64,000 nt of DNA from Cetorhinus maximus (Eukaryota). This document shows positions 53,036 to 64,000 of this stretch, one piece after another. The DNA lies in NCBI RefSeq assembly GCF_964194155.1, contig NC_135901.1, positions 30,876,001-30,940,000 of the forward strand, read 5' to 3'. The notes under the pieces were generated by a model, which saw only the letters and a program-made list of their open reading frames with translations, made no database searches and was not told the origin of the DNA. Numbering within the stretch: the stretch's first letter is position 1; each line of letters begins with the position of its first letter. The position numbers and the translations under genes are program-made.

Positions 53036-54907
53036 TCAGAGCAGGTGAACAGCCTCTCCCCGGTGTGACCCTGTTGATGTGTCAGCAGGTAGGATGAAAG
53101 AGCGAATACCTTTCCACACATGGAGCAAACGAAGGGCCTCTCTCCAGTGTGAATTTGCCGGTGTGTCTGCAGATGGGACGACCGAGTGAATCCTTCCCAC
53201 ATCGAGAGTGGGTGAATGGTCTTTTCCAGTGTGAACCTGTTGGTGTGTCAGCAGGTGGGATAACTGAGTGAATCCCTTCTCACACACAGTGCAGGTGAAT
53301 GGCCTCTCTCCGGTGTGAACTACCTGGTGAGCCACTAGGTGGGATGACAGAGTGAATCCCTTCCCACACTCAGAGCAGGTGAACAGCCTCTCCCTGGTGT
53401 GAACTACCCGGTGTGTCACTAGATGCGCAGACTGAGTGAATCCCTTCCCACACTCAGAGCAGCTGAATGGCCTCTCCCCAGTGTGAACTACCTGGTGTGC
53501 TACTAGATGGGATGACTGAGTGAATCCCTTCCCACACTCAGAGCAGGTGAAGGACTTCTCCCTGGTGTGAACTACCTGATGTGCCACAAGGTGTGAGGAC
53601 TGAATGAATCCCTTCCCACACACAGAGCAGGTGAAGTGCTTCTCCCTGGTGTGAGATACCTGGTGTGCCACTAGGTGGGACGACTGAGTGAATCCCCTCC
53701 CACACTCAGAGCAGGTGAACGGCCTCTCGTCGGTGTGAACTACCTGGTGTGCCACTAGGTGTGAGGACTGAGTGAATCCCTTTCCACACACAGAGCAGGT
53801 GAACAGCCTCTCCTTGGTGTGAACTACCTGATGTTCCATTAGGTGTGAGGAATGAGTGAATCCCTTTCCACACACAGAGCAGGTGAACGACCTCTCCTTG
53901 GTGTGAACTACCTGGTGAGCTACTAGGTGCGAGGGATGAGTGAATCCCTTTCCACACACAGTGCAGGTGAATGGCCTCTCTCTGGTGTGAACTATCTGGT
54001 GTGGCACTTGTTGCGATGAATGAGTGAATCCCTTCCCACACACAGAGCAGGTGAATGGCCTCTCCTCAGTGTGAACTACCTGGTGTGCCACTGGGTGGGA
54101 TGACTGAGTGAATCCCTTCCCACACTCAGAGCAGGTGAATGGCATCCCCTTGGTGTGAACTACCTGGTGTGCCACCAGGTGCACAGACTGAGTGAATCCC
54201 CTCCCACACTCAGAGCAGGTAAACGGCCTCTCCTCTGTGTGAACTACCTGGTGTGCCACTAGGTGGGATGACTGAGTGAATCCTTTCCCACACACAGAGC
54301 AGGTGAACGGCCTCTCGCTGGTGTGAACTACCTGGTGTGCCACTAGGTGGGATGACTGAGTGAATCCTTTCCCACACACAGAGCAGGTAAACGGCCTCTC
54401 CCTGGTGTGAACTACCTGGTGTGCCACTAGGTGCACAGACTGAGTGAATCCCCTACCACACTCAGAGCAGGTGAACGGCCTCTCCTCTGTGTGAACGACC
54501 TGGTGTGCTACTAGGTGGGATGACTGAGTGAATCCTTTCCCACACACAGAGCAGGTGAACGACCTCTCCCTGGTGTGAGCGACTTGGTGTGACACTAGGT
54601 GGGATGACTGAGTGAATCCCTTCCCACACTCAGAGCAGGTGAACGGCTTCTCTCCGGTGTGAACTACCTGGTGTGCCACTAGGTGGGATGACTGAGTAAA
54701 TCCTTTCCCACACACAGAGCAGGTGAGCGGCCTCTCCCTGGTGTGAGCGATCTGGTGTGCCACTAGGTGTGAGGAATGAGTGAATCCCTTCCCACACACA
54801 GGGCAGATGAATGGCCTCTCCCCAGTGTGAATGCATCGATGAGTTTCCAGCGCAGATGGGGTTTGAAATCCCTTCCCACAGTCCCTACATTTCCAGAGTT
54901 TCTCCAT
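53036..54907 (-). CDS. C2H2 zinc-finger protein, 20 in-frame fingers, frameshift at about 53225
   Basis: ACC-ATG-G at 54907 (MEKLWKC). Open through 20 fingers. About 3 more fingers lie out of frame before the copia LTR. Donor at 56657, acceptor at 55662-55664. Confidence 0.8.
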   Translation of the reverse strand: MEKLWKCRDCGKGFQTPSALETHRCIHTGERPFICPVCGKGFTHSSHLVAHQIAHTRERPLTCSVCGKGFTQSSHLVAHQVVHTGEKPFTCSECGKGFTQSSHLVSHQVAHTRERSFTCSVCGKGFTQSSHLVAHQVVHTEERPFTCSECGRGFTQSVHLVAHQVVHTRERPFTCSVCGKGFTQSSHLVAHQVVHTSERPFTCSVCGKGFTQSSHLVAHQVVHTEERPFTCSECGRGFTQSVHLVAHQVVHTKGMPFTCSECGKGFTQSSHPVAHQVVHTEERPFTCSVCGKGFTHSSQQVPHQIVHTRERPFTCTVCGKGFTHPSHLVAHQVVHTKERSFTCSVCGKGFTHSSHLMEHQVVHTKERLFTCSVCGKGFTQSSHLVAHQVVHTDERPFTCSECGRGFTQSSHLVAHQVSHTREKHFTCSVCGKGFIQSSHLVAHQVVHTREKSFTCSECGKGFTQSSHLVAHQVVHTGERPFSCSECGKGFTQSAHLVTHRVVHTRERLFTCSECGKGFTLSSHLVAHQVVHTGERPFTCTVCEKGFTQLSHLLTHQQVHTGKDHSPTLDVGRIHSVVPSADTPANSHWREALRLLHVWKGIRSFILPADTSTGSHRGEAVHLL

Positions 54908-55185
54908 GGTGCACGTGCCCTTCTGTATCTCCACGTCCGATGATCAGATGGTGCCTCATCCACACGCACAATACATGTGTGGTGTCTCCCCTTTGTGAAT
55001 GGTGTGATGCTTTCTCAGTCTGTGTAACTGGTTAAAGCTCTTTCTACAGTCAGTGCACTGGAAACACTCTCACTCGGGTGTGTGTGTCTCGGTGCTTTTC
55101 CAGTCACGCTGATGTTTGAAACATTTTGAAGCAGACAGAACAGACAGATATTTCTCCTTCTAGATTCAAAGGCCAATGATATTCA

Positions 55186-55341
<156 letters not shown>

Positions 55342-56656
55342 TCAGTTGAAGCCTCATACACGCACCTAACATGTGAACTGTCACTCCCCACTGTGAATGG
55401 TAATGCTTTCTCAGTCTGTGTAACTAGTTAAAGCTCTTTCCACAGTCAGTGCACTGGAATACTTTCAATCAGCTGTGTGTGTCTTGGTGCTTCTCCAGTC
55501 ACATTGATGTTTAGAATCTTTACCCACAGACAGAACAGACAAATGTTTCTCCACATTCAAAGATCAATTATGTTCAGGTCCTGATGAATTGAATGACTGT
55601 GAGATCTTGATGTGATTTTTGGTTTCAGATTTCTGTCTACAAATCCCCCCCCTCTAATATCCTGTAAAAGGAGTTTACAAAAGTCATCACTGTCAGTACA
55701 AGACAGAAATTCATAACAGACAATTCTAGTTGCTATGAAACATTCTTCCCTCTCCTGTTACCCAAAATCTATAAATCTCAGTCCCACACACTCTCCCTCC
55801 ATTCTCACTCTGCGGTGCCTAATATACACCCTCCTCATTCTCCTGAAGGTGCAAATTCATCTTAATCGACAGATCCGTGTTCAGCACTGTCAGTCCAGCA
55901 CACAGAGCTGCGAGTCATATACATGGTCATATTACTGGAATACAAACGTGTGTAATATAATGTAATATGTATTGCATGATTAGAGTTATGGGCGGATGGA
56001 AGAAAGAACTGTAATTAGGAGTGAGTGATCATGACCTGGAATTGAGTTCATCTGAGGATGGTGGAACTGGAGATGATCTCTGATTTCAGAATGAAATTTC
56101 ATGGACACTTGACGGAAATGTACTTGCAGGGGGATGGGGATATAGAGGGGGAATGGGATTGACTGAATTCGTCGATGGAGAGTCGAGATGGACTCAAGTT
56201 GCCGAATAGACTCCTCCTGTGCCGTAATGACTCTGTGACAGGAAATATACAACATAGCTACAGTACTATATCGCACGGTTAGAAAAAATAATAAATGTAC
56301 TTTATTACAGAACCATAAATATTATATCTGATGAGTACCATCTAACAACACTAGACACATCTCTGTCCTATATTAATTCACTGTCCCCTTAAATGTCAGC
56401 CATCTCCTGGGGAAACCAGCCCTTTAATTGTGAACATTAGGAAAGAGACCATCCTTTTAGCCAAACAAATAAATGTGTCAAGCTGAGGGAGCAAAGGATG
56501 TCAATGTCTTTAAGAGAGAGAGAGAGAGACCTGGGCCAACCTTACCAGAGTCTGCACCCTCCCTGGATTCACTTCCTTTCCCTTCAGTTCCTGCAAGTCA
56601 ACAATTTCCCCCAGAATGAGAAAAGAAATGGAAAGGGGGAGAAAAGAAAGTGTTTT

Positions 56657-57132
56657 ACTCACAGATGTTGGACACAGGAGGAAGTTTTAGTCTGTGTGAA
56701 GCTCAATCTTTATTCACACAAAGCCCGCGCTATGATTGGCTGGAGGACCAGAGTCCTTCCGGTCCTTCAACTCTTCCCATTGGTCAGCCCCTCAGCATGA
56801 CGGGAAGAGGCGGGTCTCCCCCGCACATGCGCAGCTTCCCCTCTCCCGTGTTCCCTGAGCGGCTTCTCGCTCTGGCCGGAGCCTTCAGCCGGTTTCCTGG
56901 AAACATTGGCTCGAGGAGGGGGAGGGGGAGGGGGAGGGGGAACAATGGATGGGGGGCGGGGCTCCCGTGTCCGCGCGCCTGGCCTGCAGGCTGGGACCCG
57001 AGAACGTCACCGCGGAGCAGAGTGATTCCTATTGGCTGATTCAGGCAGGGTTCCATTGTGGACGGTCACAATGCGGAAGTTGGACAATTAGTTTCAGACG
57101 AAGACTTCCTCCTGTGCCCAACATCTGTGAGT
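56657..57132. promoter_or_regulatory. Bidirectional promoter module, type A, flanked by inverted intron arms
   Basis: Donors GTGAGT at 56657-56662(-) and 57127-57132(+). ATTGG x3, GC box, CGGAAGT, CACATGCGCA. Confidence 0.8.
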
Positions 57133-58453
57133 AAAACACTTTCTTTTCTCCCCCTTTCCATTTCTTTTCTCATTCTGGGGTCAAATTGTTGACTTACAGG
57201 AACTGAAGGGAAAGGAAGTGAATCCAGGGAGGGTGCAGACTCTGGAAAGGTTGGCCCAGGTCTCTCTCTCTCTCTCTTAAAGACATTGACATCCTTTGCT
57301 CCCTCAGCTTGACACATTTATTTGTCTGGCTAAAAGGATGGTCTCTTTCCTAATGTTCACAATTGAAGGGGTGGTTTCCCCAGGAGATGGCTGACATTTA
57401 GAGGGACAGTAAATTAATATAGGACAGAGATATTTCTAGTTTTGTTATATGGTACATATTTAATATAAATTATTTATGATTCTGTAATAAAATGCATTTA
57501 TTATTATTTCCAGTCTTGTAATATAGTACTGTAGCTGCCTTATATCTTTCCAGTCACAGAGTCATTATGCCACAGAAGGAGACCATTCAGCAACTCAAGT
57601 CCATGCTGACTTAGTGTAGAGCAATCCAGTCAGTCCTATTTCCCCTCGATATCCCTATTCCCCTGTAAGTTTATTTCTTCATGTGTTCATCCAACTTCAT
57701 TTCAAAATCATTGATCATCTCTGCATCCCTCGAGGAAGCGAGTTCCAGGTCAAATAATCCTTCAAATGAATTTAATTCATCCAGTCCAATTTCATGTTGA
57801 AACTATCGATCATCTCTGCTTCCTCTACCCTCCTATATAGTGAGTTGCCAAACGTCTCTGTATCTGGGACAAGAAGCAGTGAGCTTGGATCTCTTGATGA
57901 ACATGAATCGGCACCTTCAGGAGAATTGGGAGGGTGTATATGAGGTACAGCAGAGTGAGAATGGAGGGAGAGTGTGTAGGACGGAGATTTACAGCTTTTT
58001 GGGAATGAGAGAGGAAAGAATGTCCCATAGAAACTAGAATTGTCTGTTCTGAATTTCTATCCTGTGCTGACCATAATGACTTTTGTAAACTCCTTTTACA
58101 GGATATTAGAAGAGAGGATTTGCAGACAGAAAACTCAAACCAAACATCACATCAAGATTGATCCAGCAACTCATTTCTCTGAAGTCTGAATATCACCTGC
58201 CTTTGAATCCAGGAGGAGAAATGTTTGTCTGCTCTGTCTGCTTCAATAGTTTCAAACATCAGTGCGACTGGAAAAGCACCGAGACACACACACCCTAGTG
58301 AGAGTGTTCCAGTACACTGACTGTGGAAAGAGCTTTAACCAGTTGCACCACCTGTTTGTACTACTCACAGTGGGGAGAGACCGTATGCATGTTCAGTGTG
58401 GACGAAACTTCAACTGACCCTCGAAACTGGAGAGTCACAAGCACACCCGCACC

Positions 58454-59296
58454 ATGGAGAAACCGTGGAAATGTGGGGACTGTGGGAAGGGTTTCAAAGC
58501 GCCATCTGAGCTGGAGATTCATCGACGCAGTCACACCGGGGAGAGGCCATTCAATTGCTCTGTGTGTGGGAAGGGATTCAGTCATTTATTCGCCCTGCAA
58601 AGACACCAAGGAGTTCATACTGGGGAGAGGCCATTCAGCTGCTCTGACTGTGGGAAAGGATTCAGTGATTCATCTGCCCTGCTGAGACACCAGCGAGTTC
58701 ATGCTGGGGAGAGGCCGTTCACCTGCTCCAAGTGTGGGAAGGGATTCACTCAGTCATCCCACCTGCAGACACACCAGCGAATTCACACTGGGGAGAGGCC
58801 TTTCACTTGCTCTGAGTGTGGGAAGGGATTCAGTGATTCATCCACACTGCGGACACACCAGCGAGTTCACACTGGGGAGAGGCCATTCATCTGCTCGGAG
58901 TGTGGGAAGGGATTCACTATGTCAAGCTACTTGCTGAGACACCAGCGAGTTCACACTGGGGAGAGGCCGTTCGTCTGCTCTGTGTGTGGTAAAGGATTCA
59001 CTCTGTTATCCAACCTGCAGGCACACAAACGAGTTCACACTGGGGAGAGGCCGTTTATCTGCCCGGTGTGTGGGAAAGGATTCACTCAGATATTCAACCT
59101 GCAGACACACCAGCGAGTTCACACTGGTGAGAGACCATTCAACTGCTCTGAGTGTGGGAAGGGATTCAGTGATTCATCCAACCTGCGGAGACACCAGCGA
59201 GTTCACACCGGGAGAAAGCCGTTCACCTGCTCCGTATGTGGGAAAGGATTCACTCTGTTATCCAACCTGCAGAAGCACCAGCGAGTTCACAAGTGA
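58454..59296 (+). CDS. C2H2 zinc-finger protein, 10 fingers, 280 aa
   Basis: Uninterrupted ORF with ACC-ATG-G start. Donor at 57127, acceptor at 58100-58101, full 3' UTR with ATTAAA at about 59565. Confidence 0.92.
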   Translation: MEKPWKCGDCGKGFKAPSELEIHRRSHTGERPFNCSVCGKGFSHLFALQRHQGVHTGERPFSCSDCGKGFSDSSALLRHQRVHAGERPFTCSKCGKGFTQSSHLQTHQRIHTGERPFTCSECGKGFSDSSTLRTHQRVHTGERPFICSECGKGFTMSSYLLRHQRVHTGERPFVCSVCGKGFTLLSNLQAHKRVHTGERPFICPVCGKGFTQIFNLQTHQRVHTGERPFNCSECGKGFSDSSNLRRHQRVHTGRKPFTCSVCGKGFTLLSNLQKHQRVHK

Positions 59297-60685
59297 TTGC
59301 AGGAGTTGGATTCTGCTGTTATTGCTGCTGTTAAACACATCCAGGACTGAACTATGTTCATTCTGACACTTGGTGAAGTGGGAGAGTCAGAGGGTTTCTT
59401 TCTGCTAGACTGGCCGGTCTCACGACTTTGCTTCCAGTGGGCTGATGCTCTTTGAACCTGGGAGTGCACACTTCCACTGAAATGACCCACAAAAGCTGAT
59501 GAAGGACATTTATTTTATCCTGTATAGTAAATGGTGTTTTTCCTACCACTACAGGTAGCTCTAAATTAAACACATTTGTCTCTGTTCCATTGAGTATACA
59601 TCACAGGGCCAGGCCAGTTGGCTCAATTGTCAGTATTTATGCTCCACATGAGCCTCCACCCACCACTCTTCATCTACCCCCATCAGCATATCCTTCCATT
59701 CCTTTCTCCCTCATGTATGTCTCAATATATCATTTGTGGTAGGGGAGGGGCAAGGTGGGTTGATGGTGGCATGAGCCCCAGGGTCCAGTGCCCCTGTGTC
59801 CAGGTTACAGAGGAGCTGAAGAGAAACCATTTGGGTCCAGAACATTGTGCACATCCTTTTACTCTGGTTGTCTTTGATCCTCAAGTAATTTTCTGTTTTT
59901 TTTAACCATGTTTAATTTCATTAATAAACTTTTATTAGTAAAAATATTTGATTTTTCTGGACTTTTCATGATTAGATTTCTGCAGTTTAGGGAAAGTGGG
60001 TGAGAGGGGTTTGCAGGCTCTTTAACAGAAAGTGAGTCCCTCTAAGGTAATTGGCAAAGGAGCCAGAGGGGGAGATGAGATTTTATTTTTGACACAGCGA
60101 TGTTAGAAAATGGAGTTCAGCGAGTCAATTAACCCTTTATCCCCTTTTTACAAACTCTGGATTGATTCACAGTGATAACTCTTATTGGTGACAGTGGTTA
60201 GATTTTATTCAGTATAAAGAAGACCTGACACATGCTCATGTCTGAGCAGTAGTATCAAAGTGCAGCAGCATTACCATTACACTCTGGGTAGAAGCACCAT
60301 CTCCACGTAAATGCTCCCTGGTCTGCCCCAGATACCATGGCACCAGTCAATGCAATATGTAAAACCTCTACAAATTTCTGTGCTCGGGGAATCCCTTCTG
60401 ATACTTTTTTACATCACAAAGTCTATGAAGACTGATTTAACCCAATCATTGCCGAGCTAACATTTGAACGGACCAATTACAAAACCTGTCATTGAATCAC
60501 CTGTACCTGCCAAAGCCACATCAAACTCTGAAATAATTGGCTTCCCACGCTCCGTCCCCGGTACAGGGAGTCAGCATTCCCATGCCAAGCAGTGAAAACA
60601 TGGTGGCCTTGACACCCATGTGTCGTCTAGGATTCAAGGCACTCTTGTTTTCTCTGTCCTCTGGGAGCTGTTCATCTCCCTGTTC

Positions 60686-61144
60686 ACAGAATCAAACAGT
60701 GCAGAAGAGGCCCTTTGGCCCATCGAGTCTGCACCGACACGTGAGAAACACCTGACCTACCTACCTAACCCCATTTACCAGCACTTGGCCCATAGCCTTG
60801 AATGTTATGATGTGCCAAGTGCTCATCCAGGTACTCTTTAAAGGATGTGAGGCAACCCGCCTCCACCACCCTCCCAGGCAGCGCATTCCAGACCGTCACC
60901 ACCCTCTGGGTAAAAAAGTTTTTCCTCACATCCCCCATAAACCTCCTGCCCCTCACCTTGAACTTATGCTCCCTCATGACTGACCCTTCAACTCAGGGGA
61001 ACAGTTGCTCCCTATCCACCCTGTCCATGCCCCTCAAAATCTTGTACACCTTAATCAAGTCGCCCCTCAGTCTTTCCTGCTCCAACGAAAACAACCCAAG
61101 TCTATCCAACCTCTCTTCATAACTTAAATGTTTCATCCCAGGCG
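60686..61144 (-). mobile_element. CR1 3' fragment present in this duplicate only
   Basis: PGMKHLSYEERLDRLGLFSLEQ... The empty site is visible at about 4625-4635. Confidence 0.9.
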
Positions 61145-63079
61145 ACATAGCAAGTCGTCTGTTCTCAGCTCTGCCAGATTTCTGCTGAAGTTTGGCCCCT
61201 TTTACACCTTTTGGATCAATAAAACATTTGGTCAATGAAGACCCAAACCACAATATCCCATCCTGTCACCTGTCAACCATCCTCACCCAGAGAGTAATCA
61301 CAACAGGAATAAAAACAGGAGAAGTGTAACAATCAAATTTAAAATAATTGCACAGCCAGTCATAGTTATTAATTAAATGTTCACTAATTAGCCAGAAAAC
61401 CCGAAGTAGGGGGTCCCCCAGGATTCTTACAATCCAAACCTTGAAGGGGAGGAGAACTCTCTCCGGCACCTCACTCAATTTCACTCCGTTATTTTCCAGT
61501 TCTGTTCTGGCCCTGCCTGGGGTAACATCTACTCGATCTTTTCTCCTGAAGGAGCGCTGTGAGTTCTAGGTTACTCGTACATAAGGACATAGGCTTCAAG
61601 CAGCAGATCAAGCCTGGATGTAAAAGATTCTCCAGCTCTCTCCTTACCCCTGACAAACTTGTGGAAAGTTGTCACTCAGTACTATTTCTCCCAAGCCCTT
61701 CCATTGTCCCAATCCACAATTTTTTTATCCCTTTCAGTTTAGTTTTATTCACTTTTCAACCATGACTGGTGTCTTTAATTCTATACTGACTGTTTTAAAG
61801 TCAGTTTCTCTCTGGAGCGTGTGTCAGTGCCCTGATCACATCAAAATGTTGTCTCATTCCTCTGGCCACATTAACCATTCCATGTCATACTGTTTGTCAA
61901 GTCGCTGTGTATGTTTGGGACTCTTCCATGTATTTCACCATGAATTTCCTTCTATTAGTTGCTTAACATCTAACAAATCACATATGCATGTACATTGGTA
62001 TCCCAATAGCATACCAGACATTTTTTGACTTTCATGTTATCTTATCTGAAGTTCATGGGGGGGTTGGGGGGGTAGTGTGTGGGGGTTGGGGTGGGTCTGC
62101 CTCAAGAGCTTTGCTAATCTCACTCTGTGCAGTCCCGATATTTCAGGTAGTGGCCAGGATTTTAGCTGTGGTTTTCTTTTAAAAAAGGGTTCAGAGGCAA
62201 ATGATGTAAACATTTCCAAGAGAAAGCTATCGACTTATTCATCTTGTCTACACTTCCCTGAATTTCACTAGAATCTACATGGATACCAGATTGATCTGTT
62301 CCATTCAACTACACCCAAGGTGAGTTATTCCAATTCCTTCACTGCCCAGTGGAATTGTAAACATTCCCATTTTATTCCAGGCATGAACATATCTTATTTC
62401 TTTGTTCCGGCTGGGACTGTTCTCCTTGGAGCAAAGGAGGTTGAGGGGAGATTTGATAGAGGTGGACAAGATTATGACAGGTTTACATCAGCTGGGCAAA
62501 GAAAAGCTGTTCACGCCAAGGACGAGGGGACACAGGTTGAAGGTTTTAAGTGAGAGATGTGGGGGGGATGTGAGGAAGAAGTTTTTTTTACACAGCAAGT
62601 GAGAATGACCTGGAACTCGCTGCCTATGAGGTGGTGCAATCAGAGATGATGAATGATTTCAAAAGAAAGTTGGACGGGCACTTGAAGGCAATAAACCTGC
62701 AGGGATACGGGGATATAGAGGGGGAATGGGACTGACTGGATTGCTCTACAGAGAGTCGGCATGGAGTCGAGGTACCAAGTGGACCTTTTTGAAGGTAACT
62801 TTGTAACGTTTAACCCATGTTGGTGCAGCTGTTCAACAAAACTAACAACTTCTTAAACAAATATTTGTGACTCGGCCCATGGGAAAAGTGTTCCTCATTT
62901 CCCCACATTAAATTGAGCCAATCAGCTTGGAGCCACTTCTAAAGCTACATTACAGTATCTGGAACTGAAAGAGCCAGGCAATTGAAGACTGTTCATCGTT
63001 AAGCTTACATACAGTACAATTTGGTAATATAAGCCTTATTAATTACACAAATGTGTCATTGGGGTGAAGTCTAACAGTT

Positions 63080-64000
63080 AACACTGATGAAGAGGCTGAC
63101 TCCAGTTATTTTGCAGGGAATCCCCACTCTTTTTAGTGACTTCAATGCGTTGACATCACCAAACCAAGACAAGTAGAACTTTCATACTCCTTAACCTTGT
63201 GTCAGTCCCAGTACGAGGTGAATCTGGGTAACATTTTCACCAATCTAATCCACATACTGACGAGGTGCAGCCACTGTCTAACACAGAACAGTTGAATGAG
63301 TCTGTGACTAACATACTCATCACTGGACCAAAGCTCCTTGTGACTAGTACAATTCCTTCAGAGTGATCATCATCATCATCTTCAGCCTTAGAATTCTCTG
63401 TATCATGTGTCACTTCGAAGACCCTCATTTTCCACTTTGGGCAGTTCATCACATAATGATATTTTGAGTCAGACCTGAAACACCGGTTAACTGTTCCATG
63501 GTCATCCCTGGGGTTCATTCACCTATTGGTGCTGTTCTAATCCTGTCTTCTGTTGTGATATCCAGATCTGCTACAGATGCTTTTGCCCTCATTCGAAACC
63601 TGTCAAAGTCCAACTGTGCTTCATAGGCATCCACTAGAACATCTTTCTTGTAAATCTCATCAATGAACCCAAATAGAAGATCCAAACCTTCGTCAGTATC
63701 CAACCAACCAGCATCCAGTTCACTAAATACTTTGCTTCTGATTTTACTTTTGTTGGGAAGTGACGATGCCAAGACCAGACCTTGTTTCCTCCTTGGTAGG
63801 GATGTTACCCATGTCCACATATCCACTTCATTCTTCCACTGGTCGTGTGGCTCAGACTCAGAGAACATCAGCGGGTAATCAGACCCTGACAATTTCCACT
63901 TGCTTTCAGTCATTTCTCACAAAAACTACTCAGATTGTAAGTTTCTGTCTGAAATGTTATTTTCCTTTAGTTTCCAACCTTCACCATTAGACAAGCATTC
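63080..64000 (-). mobile_element. Copia gag/protease fragment (LTR lies beyond the window end)
   Basis: ORFs 63515-63913 and 63237-63518. Confidence 0.82.

Larger units (their letters stand above)
59820..64000 (-). repeat. Inverted segmental duplicate of about 1657-5490
   Basis: Collinear reverse-strand ORF pairs: 1738/63913, 2142/63518, 3428/62320, 4219/61559, 4297/61484, 4519/61253. Confidence 0.95.

Noticed and set aside
53225-54823. CRISPR-like regular repeat array
   Set aside because: The 84-bp period is the C2H2 coding unit in a eukaryotic context. There are no unique spacers or cas genes.

Overview
Vertebrate genomic DNA, most likely a cartilaginous fish (inferred from its CR1/L2/Penelope/tRNA-SINE repertoire and [10 protein letters not shown]-type zinc-finger genes; not proven). 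The window is a birth-and-death cluster of about 13 C2H2 zinc-finger (ZNF) units. Three ORFs are intact, one long ORF is frameshifted near its end, and the rest are pseudogenes or fragments. All units follow one plan: a CCAAT/CpG promoter with a short non-coding exon 1, a shared intron, and one large exon. That exon has a leader of three fossil fingers, an ATG in a finger linker (ACC-ATG-G), 8-23 fingers with no recognisable effector domain, and a conserved 3' UTR. Most units sit head-to-head on five bidirectional promoter modules. Their 3' ends are repeatedly fused at identical junctions to a Ty1/copia LTR or a SCAN-gag Gmr1-like LTR element. The introns and flanks carry Penelope-derived insertions with minimal hammerhead ribozyme motifs. 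The two window ends are an inverted segmental duplication, and there are two assembly gaps. Repeat coordinates were read by eye and are approximate.
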